Shown piece by piece: positions 1 to 10,185 of a stretch of DNA of 64,000 nt. The DNA lies in contig CAWEOB010000008.1 in NCBI GenBank assembly GCA_963810635.1, positions 181,382-245,381 of the forward strand. The letters are read 5' to 3'. The notes beneath the pieces were generated by a model. The model did no database searches. It was not told where the DNA came from and saw only the letters and a list, made by a program, of their open reading frames with translations. Numbering within the stretch: position 1 is the stretch's first letter; the number at the start of each line of letters is the position of its first letter. Position numbers and translations under genes: made by a program. The DNA is from an uncultured Actinomycetes bacterium (GTDB taxonomy: Bacteria; Actinomycetota; UBA4738; HRBIN12).

Positions 1-1
1 G

Positions 2-759
2 CCCTACCGTCCGCCGAGCTACGACGAGGCCGACGTCTCGGACAAGCCCGCCTACATCCGGGCCATCCCCCGCTTCGGGTCGACGAACGTGTCGCGGATC
101 GACTCGATCAGGCGGAAGCAGTACCAGGCCCTCCAAGCCGTGGACGACGCGGTCGGGCAGCTCGTGGAGGCTCTCACCGATACGGGACGGCTCTCCAACA
201 CGATGATCGTGTTCATGGGTGACAACGGGTTCCTGTGGGGCGAGCACCGCTGGGGCCGAATGGGCCGGAGAACAAGCAGGTGCCCTACGACGAGAGCATC
301 CGGGTCCCGTTCGTGGTCCGCTACGACCCGCTGCTGGCGGCGCCCCGGACGGATCCGAACCTCGTCCTGAACATCGACCTGGCACCCACGTTCACGGCGC
401 TCGCCGGCGTGGCGGCACCCGGGAGCGAGGGACGGAGCCTGCTCCCGCTGCTGCAGGCGCCCGGCGCCCCGTGGCGCACGGACTTCCTGATCGAGCACAG
501 CCTGTCGAACCTGCCGAGCTACTGCGCGGTGCGGAGCACGGATTCCCTGTACGTGCGCTATGCGACCGGCGAGCAGGAGCTCTACCTGCTCGCGACGGAC
601 CCGTTCCAGCTCGTGAACCAGGCCGCGAACCCTGCGTACGCGTCGATGTTGGCGACCCTCCGCGCCCGCGCGCAGGAGCTGTGCTCTCCGCCGCCTCCGA
701 ACTACTCGTTCACGTCGACCACGCCGGTCGGGATGTCCAGGGACATCCCGACCATCTGA
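2..759 (+). CDS. Sulfatase family protein, C-terminal part (5' end outside the window; apparent frameshift near 250-270)
   Basis: The window opens inside the ORF. Frame 2 reads PYRPPSYDEADVSDKPAYIR...IVFMGDNGFLWGEHRW. It continues in frame 1 (ORF 235..759) as NKQVPYDESIRVPFVVRYDP...NIDLAPTF, typical of the C-terminal half of type I sulfatases. The two frames need a 1-nt shift to join. Confidence 0.7.
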
Positions 760-775
760 GCCGCTCGGTCACCGG

Positions 776-808
776 GTTCCGGGTCGTGCCTACGGCACGA
801 CCCGGAAC
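776..808. terminator. Perfect 15-bp GC-rich inverted repeat with a 3-nt loop between convergent genes (putative bidirectional terminator hairpin)
   Basis: Read directly: gttccgggtcgtgcc-tac-ggcacgacccggaac. The right arm encodes the last codons (FRVVP-stop) of the 790..2580 gene. There is no T-tract. Confidence 0.45.
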
Positions 809-2580
809 TCGGTCACCCGTTCGTTCGTCTGCTCCACGACGTAGAGGCGGTCGCCCACGAGCTCCATGCCGTGCGGCCGCAGGAGGTTGCCGTTGCCCGG
901 CCCGCCGAAGGCCCCTTGGAAGACACCCGCTTTCGTCCACACCTTGACGCGGTGGGCGTCGACGTCGGCGACGTAGACGAGGTTCCCCCCCACCTCGACG
1001 TCGGCGGCGCGCAGCAAGATGTCGCTTCCCGTCCGGCTCGGCGCGATCCGCCCGAGGAATTGCCCGGTCGACGTGAAGTGCTGGACGTCGCCGCGGAGCG
1101 AGTCGCTCACCCACAGCGTGCCGTCGGCGTCCCACGACACGCTCCGCGGGAACCTGAACTGCCCGTTGCCGCTCCCCATACTGCCGAACATCGACAGTGG
1201 CTGGCCGCTGGAAGACAGGAGCACCACGCGCTGGTTCTGCGTGTCCGCGACCGCGATCCGCCCGTCGGCGCCCACGTCGAGGCTATGCGGGTTCTTGAAC
1301 TGCCCGAGACCGGCGCCGAAGCCACCGCGGGACCATTGGAAGGCCCCGGTGCTCGAGTACTTCTTGATCAGGTGGTTGTCGGTGTCGGCCACCACGAACG
1401 AGTTGTCACGCCGGTCGACCGAGATCCCGCGCTGGTAGTTGAACGAGTAGTTGCCGCCGCCGCGGGAACCGAACTCCTGGAGGAACGTCCCGTCCGCCGC
1501 GAACTTCTGGATCCGCCAGTTGTGGGTGTCGGTGACGTAGATGTTGCCGGCCGTGTCGACGGAGACGCCGCGCGGCTGGTTGAACCCGCCCTCGGGCGGG
1601 CCGGCCTCGACGCCCGGCACCTGGAAGAGGAACTGGCCGCTCGGCGAGAACACCTGGGCACGGAACGCCGGCATGTCGCCGACCCAGACGTTGCCGTTGC
1701 CGGCGACCGTGATGTCACGTCCTCCGCCGGGGAACTTCCCGGGACCCGTCCCGAACCCACCGAACCGCTGCAGGAAGACCCCGTTCAGGTCGTACTTGTT
1801 GACGTAGCCCGTGGAGGCGTCGACCACGTAGACCCACCCGTTCGCATCGTCGATGGCCACGCCACGAAGATCGGGGTTGGCGCCGAACTGTCCCGGCGCG
1901 GAGCCGCGCGAGCCGAACTGGCGGACGAAGGCCCCGGTCGCCGTGAAGACCTGAAGCCGCGCGTTGTAGTTGTCGGCGACGTACAGCCGGCCCTGACCGT
2001 CGATGTCCATGCCCCGCGGCTGGCGGAACTGGCCCGGCCCGGTGCCCATGCTGCCGAACTGGAAGAGCTCCTGGCCCTGGGGATTCACGGCGACCACATC
2101 GTGCTCCCATTGGTCGCTCACGAAGACGGTGCCGTTGTTGGCCACGGCCAGGTACGAGGGGTACTGATACCGACCGGGGCCGACCCCGTTGCCACCGAAC
2201 TCGAAGAGGAACCCGCCGCCCGACGTGTACTTGTCCACGGTCTTGTTGCTGTCGACGTCGCCGAAGTAGACGTCTCCGTTGCGCGGGTCGACCGCGATGC
2301 CGTACGGCGACTGGTGCTGGCCGGCGCCGAGGCCGACGTTGCTGTCCGTGACCACGTCGCCGAGGTACGAGCCGGTCACCGAGTACCGGGCGATCCGGAA
2401 GTTCCAGTAGTCGCCCACGAGGACGGTGCCGTCGTTCTGGGTCGCCATCCCCCAGGCGTACAGCTCGGCGTGCCCGGGACCGCCGATGGTGCGGACCGGC
2501 GTGAGCGTGACGGCCTGCGCTGCAGGGGCGAGCACGATCGACGCAGCGACGACCATCAGGAAGACGACCACTCTCTTCAT
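790..2580 (-). CDS. Secreted NHL-repeat protein, about 12 repeats (double beta-propeller), paralog 1
   Basis: Uninterrupted 596-aa ORF. Signal peptide MKRVVVFLMVVAASIVLAPAAQA. GGAGGG lies 5 nt upstream of the ATG. Repeated NHL-like units are present (G.G.GQF..P.G.AVD..G..YV.D..N.R.Q.F). It is collinear with the 2772..4634 and 6918..8685 genes. Confidence 0.85.
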   Translation of the reverse strand: MKRVVVFLMVVAASIVLAPAAQAVTLTPVRTIGGPGHAELYAWGMATQNDGTVLVGDYWNFRIARYSVTGSYLGDVVTDSNVGLGAGQHQSPYGIAVDPRNGDVYFGDVDSNKTVDKYTSGGGFLFEFGGNGVGPGRYQYPSYLAVANNGTVFVSDQWEHDVVAVNPQGQELFQFGSMGTGPGQFRQPRGMDIDGQGRLYVADNYNARLQVFTATGAFVRQFGSRGSAPGQFGANPDLRGVAIDDANGWVYVVDASTGYVNKYDLNGVFLQRFGGFGTGPGKFPGGGRDITVAGNGNVWVGDMPAFRAQVFSPSGQFLFQVPGVEAGPPEGGFNQPRGVSVDTAGNIYVTDTHNWRIQKFAADGTFLQEFGSRGGGNYSFNYQRGISVDRRDNSFVVADTDNHLIKKYSSTGAFQWSRGGFGAGLGQFKNPHSLDVGADGRIAVADTQNQRVVLLSSSGQPLSMFGSMGSGNGQFRFPRSVSWDADGTLWVSDSLRGDVQHFTSTGQFLGRIAPSRTGSDILLRAADVEVGGNLVYVADVDAHRVKVWTKAGVFQGAFGGPGNGNLLRPHGMELVGDRLYVVEQTNERVTEFRVVP

Positions 2581-2771
2581 GGAACCCTCCGCTCCGAGCC
2601 TCGGCGGGACGCCACGACGTCACCCTTCGATGTCGTAGGTCGAACGTCCCAAGGGGAGTACGAGTCTCGCGCACGGTCGGGTCGTCGGCATCGGCCGGAA
2701 GGCCAGGCCGAACGGCGGAGGGACGCGGCATCCGGGGAAGGCAGGCCCCGACCTTCGGCCGGGACGGCCGC

Positions 2772-4634
2772 TCAGCCCGAGATCGTGAAGTCGTGGATCC
2801 GGTCGTTCACTGTCTCGGCCACGTAGAGATGGCCGTCCGCGATGTCCATGCCCATGGGCCCGAGGACGGCGCCGGCGCCCTGGGACGTGGCGCCCGCCCC
2901 GAGGAACGTGCCGTCCTTGTCCCACACCAGGATCTTGTGGCCCTTCGTGTCGGACACGTAGATGTGGGTCCCGGAGACCTGCACGTCCATCGCCTGCTGG
3001 ATCGCGGGCTCGCCGGGATCGTCGGTGAGGCCGATCTCCTCGAGGAAGTCTCCGTTCGCCTCGAAGTGCTGCACGGTGTTGGTCGCCCGGTCGGCGACCC
3101 AGATCGTCCCGTCCTCGGGATCGACGGAGATCCCGTGCGGATCCTCGAGGTAGGGCGCCCCGAACGTGCGGCGGACGTCCCCGTCCTCCGTCAGCTGCAA
3201 GACCCGGTGTTGACCGAGCAGCGGCGCGTAGATGTCTCCGTTGTCGGCCACCGCGAGCGACCACGCCTTCTGCTGACCCTCGGGGGCCGTGCCGGCGCCG
3301 TAGGACCACAGGAAGTCCCCATCGGCGTCGTACTTCACGATCGAGCCCGTGTCGGAGTCGGCCACGACGACGCAGGTGTAGGTGGCGCAGCCCGGCCCCA
3401 CGGCGATCCCACGCGGGTAGTTGAAGCCGTACGCCTGGGGCCCGCCGCGGATCCCCCACTCCTCGAGCGCGGTCCCGTTGGGCGCGAACTTCTGGAAGCG
3501 CTGGTTCATGGTGTCGATGACCCAGATGTATCCCTGGGAATCCACCGCCACGTCCGAGGGCGTGTTGAAGCCACCGAGCGCCGGCGGCTGCGGCGTCCTC
3601 GGCACCTGGAACCGGTACCGGCCCGAGCGCGAGAACACGTGGACGCGGAACTGCGCGAGATCGGCGACCCACACACGACCCCGGCCGTCGACCGCGACGG
3701 AACGGCCGCCGGTCGGGAAGCGCCCCTCGCCCGTGCCCTTCCCGCCGAAGCGCGTGAGGAACGTCCCGTCGAGATCGAATTTGTTCGTGAAGCCCGTGAA
3801 GGCGTCGACCACGTACACGAAGCCGCGCTTCTTGTCGACGGCCACCCCGCGGAGGTTGCCACTGCCCCCGCCGCCGAACCGATCCCCACCGAAGTTCTTC
3901 ACGAACGTGGCCGAGGCGGCGGTCGTGCCGCCGCGGCGCAGGCGCCAGATCTGGGCGCGCGCGTTCCCACTGTCAGCGATGTAGAGCCAGTCGTCGTGCC
4001 CGGGCGCGCACCGACGGCAGATGTCGATCCCTCGCGGGGTGCGGAACTGACCGTCGCCCCTCCCGGTGGCGCCGAAGCGGAAGAGCTCATCCCCGCTCGC
4101 GTTGTTGACGCTGATCCGATGGGAGCGCGAATCCACGACGACGACGCGCCGGTCGCTCGTGACCGCCGGGTAGGCGGGGTAGGTGAACCTCGAGGGTCCC
4201 CCGAAGTCGAGCAGGAACGTCCCGTCGACGCGGTACTTGTCGACCGTGCGCTGGGCATCGACGTCACCGAAGTAGAACGTGTTCCCGTTGGGCGTGGCCG
4301 CGATGTCGTACGGAGCCAGATGCGAGCCGCGTTCGCTCCCCTCCGTGTCCGCGACCAGCTCGGTCACGAAGTCACCGTTGGAGCGGAAGCGCTTGATCGC
4401 GTAGTTCCAGTAGTCGCTGATGAGGACGTCGCCGTCCGGCAGCGGCTCGGCACCCCACGCGTAGAGGAAGGCGTGCCCGTCCACGTTCTGACCGATGAGC
4501 CGGGAGTGGGTGAGCGTGGCGGCCCCTTCGGCGGCCGGCGCGATCCCGATCGCGACGAGCGTGAGGACGAGCAGGCCGAACCCGGTTCGGCGGAGCGCGC
4601 GCCCTCGCCGGACCCGGTCCTTCAGCTTCGTCAT
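2772..4634 (-). CDS. Secreted NHL-repeat protein, paralog 2
   Basis: Internal ATG of the 969-aa ORF, preceded by GGAGGGG. N-terminus MTKLKDRVRRGRALRRTGFGLLVLTLVAIGIAPAAEGA (signal/TM). NHL-like repeats run throughout. The upstream 349 codons of the long ORF are antisense to the GNAT gene and are not credible. Confidence 0.8.
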   Translation of the reverse strand: MTKLKDRVRRGRALRRTGFGLLVLTLVAIGIAPAAEGAATLTHSRLIGQNVDGHAFLYAWGAEPLPDGDVLISDYWNYAIKRFRSNGDFVTELVADTEGSERGSHLAPYDIAATPNGNTFYFGDVDAQRTVDKYRVDGTFLLDFGGPSRFTYPAYPAVTSDRRVVVVDSRSHRISVNNASGDELFRFGATGRGDGQFRTPRGIDICRRCAPGHDDWLYIADSGNARAQIWRLRRGGTTAASATFVKNFGGDRFGGGGSGNLRGVAVDKKRGFVYVVDAFTGFTNKFDLDGTFLTRFGGKGTGEGRFPTGGRSVAVDGRGRVWVADLAQFRVHVFSRSGRYRFQVPRTPQPPALGGFNTPSDVAVDSQGYIWVIDTMNQRFQKFAPNGTALEEWGIRGGPQAYGFNYPRGIAVGPGCATYTCVVVADSDTGSIVKYDADGDFLWSYGAGTAPEGQQKAWSLAVADNGDIYAPLLGQHRVLQLTEDGDVRRTFGAPYLEDPHGISVDPEDGTIWVADRATNTVQHFEANGDFLEEIGLTDDPGEPAIQQAMDVQVSGTHIYVSDTKGHKILVWDKDGTFLGAGATSQGAGAVLGPMGMDIADGHLYVAETVNDRIHDFTISG

Positions 4635-4820
4635 CGTCCCCTCCACGCGACCGGCTCGAGCCGGTCGGTCTCTCTCTACCCTCCCAGGTGGGACCGCGAG
4701 GGACCAGTCGCCCTTGGTCCGGGATGCGACCCGACCATCGTCCTGCCGCTGGCAGACCTGCTCCGGCGGACGCGGAATGCGGCTCCCGTGTGGTTCGATG
4801 CGGGCGTGGACGGGGGTAGG

Positions 4821-5408
4821 TTGACGGATCCGAGCGATGTCGTCCTCGAGACCGAGCGGATGTTCCTGCGGCTGCTCACGACCGACGACCTGAACGCCCT
4901 CGCCGCGCTCTACGCGGATCCGGAGGTCCGTCGGTACTTCCCCGAGGGGACCCTGTCGCGGGAGGAGACCCGCGAAGAGCTCGACTGGATCATCGATGTC
5001 TACTACCGGCGGTTCGGCTACGGGCTCTGGGCGACGCTCCTGAAGCGGTCGGGCGCCTTCATCGGGCGCTGCGGGCTCCTGCCGTGGGCCGTCGTGCCGA
5101 GGCCCGGGGGCGAGCTCGAGCTCGACTTCGTGGGTGAGGACGGCGATGAGCCGGACGGGGTCGAGGTCGAGGTGGCCTACCTGCTGGCTCGGGAGCACTG
5201 GGGCGACGGGTTGGCCACGGAAGCCGCCCGGGCGATCGTCGGCTATGGCTTCGAGCGGCTGGGCGTTTCCCGTCTCATCTGCTTGGTCGATCCCGACAAC
5301 ACAGCATCCCTCAGGGTCGCGCAGAAGATCGGCATGGTCCCGGACGGCGAGGTGGAACAGGACGGCGAGGTCTTCCCCCTCTACTCGATGGTGAACCCGT
5401 TCGGCTGA
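4821..5408 (+). CDS. GNAT family N-acetyltransferase (RimJ/RimL-like)
   Basis: The C-terminal part of the long plus ORF reads LETERMFLRLLTTDDLNALAALYADPEVRRYF...EVAYLLAREHWGDGLATEAARAIVGYGFERLGVSRLICLVDPDNTASLRVAQKIGM. The start is uncertain: TTG 4821, GTG 4806 or ATG 4860. Confidence 0.75.
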   Translation: MTDPSDVVLETERMFLRLLTTDDLNALAALYADPEVRRYFPEGTLSREETREELDWIIDVYYRRFGYGLWATLLKRSGAFIGRCGLLPWAVVPRPGGELELDFVGEDGDEPDGVEVEVAYLLAREHWGDGLATEAARAIVGYGFERLGVSRLICLVDPDNTASLRVAQKIGMVPDGEVEQDGEVFPLYSMVNPFG

Positions 5409-5418
5409 CTCGCGCCCA

Positions 5419-6728
5419 CTACGGGAGGATCCTCGCGTACGCCGGCGTCGTGTAGATCGACTCGACCCCGTCCGCGAAGCCCGCAGCCACGATGCGGCCG
5501 TCTCGCTGGAGGGCGAGCGCCTCGATTCCAGCGTCGGTGAGTGTGCCGACCCGTACGATCCCGCCGACGCCGAACGTCGGATCGAGCGCACCGTTCGGAC
5601 GGTAGCGCGCGAGCACGAAGGCCCGGGTGTCGTCCCATCCACCGGCCACGAGCTTGCCGTCGGTCTGGCGGACGAGACCACCGAGGGATCCCGCCACCAT
5701 CCGGGAGGCGCGTGAGCACGCGCCCGTCGGTGTCGAACGAGAGATCGATCCGACCGCTCGGCATCAACCTCGCCAAGGCGAACCGATGCTCACCTGCCTG
5801 GTCACGCGCCGACGCTGTGCCACCGACGACGATCCGGCCGTCGGGCCGCACGACGAGATCGGAAACCACCGCGCTGCGCGGACCGAAGGCCACGGTCGCC
5901 ACGCCCGCGTTTCCGAACGTCGTCTCGAGACCACCGTTCGCGCCCAGACGCGCGACCGCGAACGTGGGCCTCCGTTCACCCCCCGTGAGCTCGATCGACC
6001 TGTTCGCGGCCACCAGCACACTCCCGTTGGTGTCGATCGCTGCCGCCCGCGCCTCCCACAGGCCCCCAGGAGCCGAGACGAATGAGCGCCCGGCCGTGCC
6101 GAAGGAACCGTCCAACGAGCCGTTCGAGCGGAAGCGAGCGATCGCGGCGACCCCGTTGCGTCGAACCGCGTCGCCCACCACGACGATCCGGCCGTCTCGG
6201 CGGACCATCAGGTCGTTGGCATCGGCATCGCCCCATCCCATCTGCGTGACGACGACGCCGTCACCCGAGAACGCCGTGTCGTACGCGCCGCTCGGCAGGA
6301 AGCGGGCCACGAGGAACCTGGAACGGGATCAAGGCGCCGGTGTCGGTGAGCATCCCCGCCCAGCCGGCGACGACGATCGCTCCATCAGGCGTCACGGCGG
6401 CAGCACGGAACGATGTCGCGTCGAACGAGGCGAGTGGCGAGCTGTCCCCGGCAACGGGAAGCGGCTCGCCCGATGGCGAGAGGAGGTCGATGGTGGCGAA
6501 CGGCCCAGCCGTCTCGAAGGCGATGTTCCCGACCGCGAACAGCCTGCCGTTGGGAAGCACGACCACGTCGTGGGCGGACTCGGCTCCGTCGCCCGAGTCG
6601 TCCGGCACGGCGACGCCGCTCTCACCGAACGTCGGATCCAGGTCGCCGGCCCCGGCGGACGCGGGGAACGCGATCGCGAGCACGAACAGGCAAGCCACCA
6701 GTCCGGTGAACGAGCGCATGAGATGCAT
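5419..6728 (-). CDS. Secreted delta-60-repeat (beta-propeller type) protein, split over three frames (apparent shifts near 6320 and 5695)
   Basis: ATG at 6728 with GGAGGAGGA upstream and signal peptide MHLMRSFTGLVACLFVLAIAFPASA. Recurrent motifs are LDP(T/S)FG..G and ARF/ARL/ARY...G.LD..FG. The three fragments, ORFs 6261..6857, 5381..6310 and 5419..5700, continue the same repeat pattern. Confidence 0.65.
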
Positions 6729-6917
6729 CGAGATCCTCCTCCGGGGACGGCGAGACCACAGGTCGGTGGAACGGACCGTCCCTCGTCCGGAAGCGTGGAC
6801 GACCGATCGACGACCGGCACCGGGCATCCGGCCCCCGAACCTCGGGACAACCTCCAACGATGTGACGTGGCGACGCTCCGCCGGGCGTGCCGGGCGGTGG
6901 AACGCGAACCCGCCGGC

Positions 6918-8685
6918 TCACGGGTTGATGCGGTACACCAGGATCTGTTCCGTCCAGGTGGCGGTCACGTAGAGGTTGCCGTCGGGTCCGATCTCGATGC
7001 CGTGGGGGCTGCTGCCCGTCGGGAACGATCCCACGAACGCCCCGCCCTTCGTGAAGACCTTCACCGCGTTCGCGTTGTTGTCGGAGACGAAGACGTTGTT
7101 GCCGCTCACCGCGCAGCTCTGCGCGTCGTCCAGCTGGTTGTTCGCGGCGCCCTTCGTCCCGATCGAACCGAGGCTCCCACCGGTCAGTGTGTAATGGAAG
7201 ACCTTCCCCACAGGGCGGTCGACGATCCAGAGCGTGTTGTCGCTCGTGTCGTAGCAGACGCCGCGCGGCTCCCGGAACACCCCCCTGGCGATCTCACGGA
7301 TCGGCGCGCCGTTCGCGCTCAGCACCTGCACCGATCCATGCGCGAAATCGCTCGCATAGACCGTGCCATCGGGGCCGACCTCGACCCCCATCGACTTGAG
7401 GCCGCCGAAGCCCTGGGACGTCCAGAGCCAGACACCGGCGTTCGAGTACTTCTTGATCCGGCCTGCGTCGGAGTCGGCGACCAGGACGCTGCCGTCGCGT
7501 CGGTCCACGTCGAGCGACTTCTGATAGTTGAAGCCATAGTTCCCCGACCCACGCGAGCCCCACGTGAGCAGGAACGCGCCGGTGGGCGAGAACTTCTGGT
7601 TCCGCCAGTTGTGCGTATCGCTCACGAAAGCATCCCCGGCTGCATCGAGGCCCACGTCGGTCGGCGCGTTGAACCCGCCGGTCGGCGGTGGCATGGCCGG
7701 CGACGGGGCGACGAGCAACGTCGCACCCGACGGCGAGAACTTCTGGACACGGAAGTTCGGCATGTCGCCGACCCACACGTTCCCCTGGGGATCGCACCGC
7801 CACCCCGCGGCCGCCATCGATGAACTTCCCGGGGGCCGTCCCGAGCCCGCCGAAGCTCAGCAGGTATTGTCCGGTGGTCGTGTACTTGTGCGTGTAGTTC
7901 GAGACCCCGTCGACGATGTACACGTAGCCGTTCGCGCGGTCCACCGCGAGCCCGCGAGGATCCCCGTGGGACCCGCCGAGCTCTCCGTGCCCGCCGACCC
8001 GCCACTGCCGGACGAAGGAGGGACACCCGCTCACGTTCGTGTTGAACACCTGTACGCGCATGTTCACATCGACGATGTAGAGGTTGCCGGCGCCGTCGAG
8101 CGCCGACCCGCGCGGCCGGCTGAACTGGCCGGGCCCGGTCCCCGGCGAACCGCACTGCGCGATGAACGAACCGTCCGGATTGTGGATCTCGTAGTTGTCG
8201 GCCCGTGCATCCATCACGTAGACGCGCCCGTCGTTGCGCACCGCGATCCAGGCGGGGTAGCGGAACCGGTTGTTCCCCACGCCGCCGGACCCGAACGTGA
8301 GCAGGAACTGCCCATCCGCGGCGTACTTATCGACGGTATAGCCCGCGTCGACGTCACCGACGTAGAAGTCCCCGTTGCGCGGATCCACCGCGATCCCGTA
8401 GGGCGCCTGGTGCGTCGAGCCCCGGATGCTCAGCACACTCGGCGAGCCGTCGAGGTTGAACGCGCGCACGTTCGAGTTCCAGTAATCCCCCACGATCATC
8501 CGGTTGCCGATCGGCTGATACGCGACGCCCCACCCGTAGACGTAGGCGTGACCGGTCCCGCGCGCGGTCCCGATGGTGCCGATCCTCGTCAGCGTCAACG
8601 CGCTCGCGGGGCTCTGGGTCGCGATCACCATGCCCGTCACGAGCACGACCACGGCGACCATGGATGACAGCTTCGACCTGCGCAT
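6918..8685 (-). CDS. Secreted NHL-repeat protein, paralog 3 (apparent frameshift near 7794)
   Basis: ATG 8685 with GAAGGA upstream and signal peptide MRRSKLSSMVAVVVLVTGMVIATQSPASA. ORF 7294..8709 ends its meaningful sequence at GKFIDGGRGVAV. ORF 6918..7817 resumes at DPQGNVWVGDMPNFRVQKF. This junction matches paralog 1 (GKFPGGGRDITVAGNGNVWVGDMPAFRAQVF). Confidence 0.75.
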
Positions 8686-8977
8686 CGCGATCCTTCCCCG
8701 GCTCGACACGTTGCCTTACGAGGGTATGCCCAAAGCGAACCTCCTGCACGAGGCCGAACGGTCCACGTCACGCGGGTCGGATGCGATCCAGCTGAACCAG
8801 CTACGCGGGGGCGATCTCGAGCCTCTTCGCGCCGTCCAGCCGCATACGCCGACAGACGGCGAAGAAGGCGTCGGCGAAGCGCCGGAACGGACGATGCCGC
8901 TCGACGGTCGCGCAGCCTCTGTGTGAGACGGTTGGTTCGACGACGCTGCTGGTGTGCGCACGAAGGGAGTCACCTGG

Positions 8978-10056
8978 ATGAGGATCGCGGTGCTGGGGGC
9001 TGGCGGTGGAGGGCTCGCGGTCGCCTACGAGTGGGCGAGTCAGGGGCATGAGGTCGCGCTGTATGCACAACATGCCCATGAGCACCATCTGGCGCCGGTC
9101 CGCGAGCGCGGCGGGATCCAAGCCGAGGGCAAGCTCGAGGGCTTCGTCTCTCTCGCCACGGTCACCACCGATATCGCCGAGGCGCTGGACGGTGTGGACG
9201 TGGTCTTCGTCGTCGGCCCCGCCTACGCCACAGAGCCGTTCGGCCGTGACACTCGCGGTCACCTGCGGCCCGGGATGACCGTCGTGGTCTGCCCCAGTTC
9301 GTGCGTCGGCAGTCTTGCCTTCAAACACGCTGCCGGGTTCGAGATCTCCACGACGAGAGCGTCGTCGTGGGCGAGACCAGCACGCTGCCGTACGCCGCAC
9401 GCGCATCGATGCACGCCAGTGTGCAGATCTTCCATCGGTTCGACACGGGCTTCTGGGCCGCTGCCGCCCCGCGCAGCAACACACCTCGCCTGCTCGAGGT
9501 CCTGCGGCAGGTGTACCGCAACACCGACGAGGCCGCGGGGATCTTCCAGACCACGCTGCAGAACGGCAACCCGGTCATCCATCCGGCCGTCACCTTGCTC
9601 AACGCCGCCCTCATCGAACGCACGGGTGGTGACTTCATGTTCTATGAGGAAGGGGTTACCGAGGCGGTCGGTCGCCTCATGGAGGCGGTCGACGGCGAGC
9701 GGCTATCCGTCGCCAGGGCCTTGGGCGTGGAGATCCTCGCCGAGCCGGATCTCGGGGTTCAGCAGGGCTACATGACCGAGTCCAACTACTCCACCGGCTA
9801 CTCCACCGCACCAGGCTTCCGTGGCATCAAGGCGCAGGACGAGCTTCATCACCGCTACCTGACCGAGGACGTGGGCTACTCGATGGTGTTCCTCACGGAC
9901 CTGGCTCGGCACCTTTCGGTGCCGACCCCCACCATGGATGCCGTCATCCGCATCGCCTCGATCGTCGCGGGTGAAGACTTCGCCACCCAGCGTGCCCGCA
10001 CGATGGACACGATGGGCCTGTCCGGCCTGACGCGAGAACAGCTCGCGGAGTACTGA
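8978..10056 (+). CDS. NAD(P)-dependent octopine/nopaline (opine) dehydrogenase family protein (apparent frameshift near 9335-9345)
   Basis: MRIAVLGAGGGGLAVA Rossmann N-terminus after a GAAGGGA RBS. The second fragment (ORF 9301..10056) reads ESVVVGETSTLPYAAR...NGNPVIHPAVTLLNAALIE...LTEDVGYSMVFLTDLA, typical of the opine DH C-terminal domain. Confidence 0.65.
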
Positions 10057-10185
10057 CCGGGCGATAGGTCCACGTGGATGACGAAGCGCGACCGGTGCTG
10101 TCCGTCGGCGGCCGCTCTCGCGCGCGCACGGAGTGGCACAGCAAGTGGCACGACCCGTAGCAACGGTCTGACCTGCGGATCTCGG

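Noticed and set aside
764-817. The direct-repeat-flanked palindrome as a MITE/IS remnant with a target-site duplication.
   Set aside because: At about 54 bp it is far too short. Its right half is the native coding end of the NHL gene, conserved in register with the paralogs. No transposase or further copies were noticed. I kept it only as a hairpin/duplication-scar observation.
871-2826. Long plus-strand ORF (651 aa) and similar giant ORFs: 2793..5408 upstream part, 5541..7823, 12347..13456, 15795..17180, 34909..37524, 40306..41586 and 61480..63936.
   Set aside because: All lie antisense to, or out of frame with, genes that have clear family signatures. Their translations are monotonous Arg/Pro/Gly/Ala/Asp strings. 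Stop-poor alternative frames are expected at about 70% GC, so I treat them as shadow ORFs.
2772-5681. The 969-aa minus-strand ORF taken at face value as one giant NHL protein.
   Set aside because: The first 349 codons are antisense to the GNAT gene and have no repeat or signal features. A strong SD plus ATG at 4634 is followed by a signal peptide, and the resulting length matches the two paralogs.
10057-10185. The spacer between the opine-DH-family gene and tRNA-Ala as a possible attachment site or sRNA.
   Set aside because: I found no repeat of the tRNA 3' end, no convincing stem-loop and no conserved motif by eye. There is nothing I can support.
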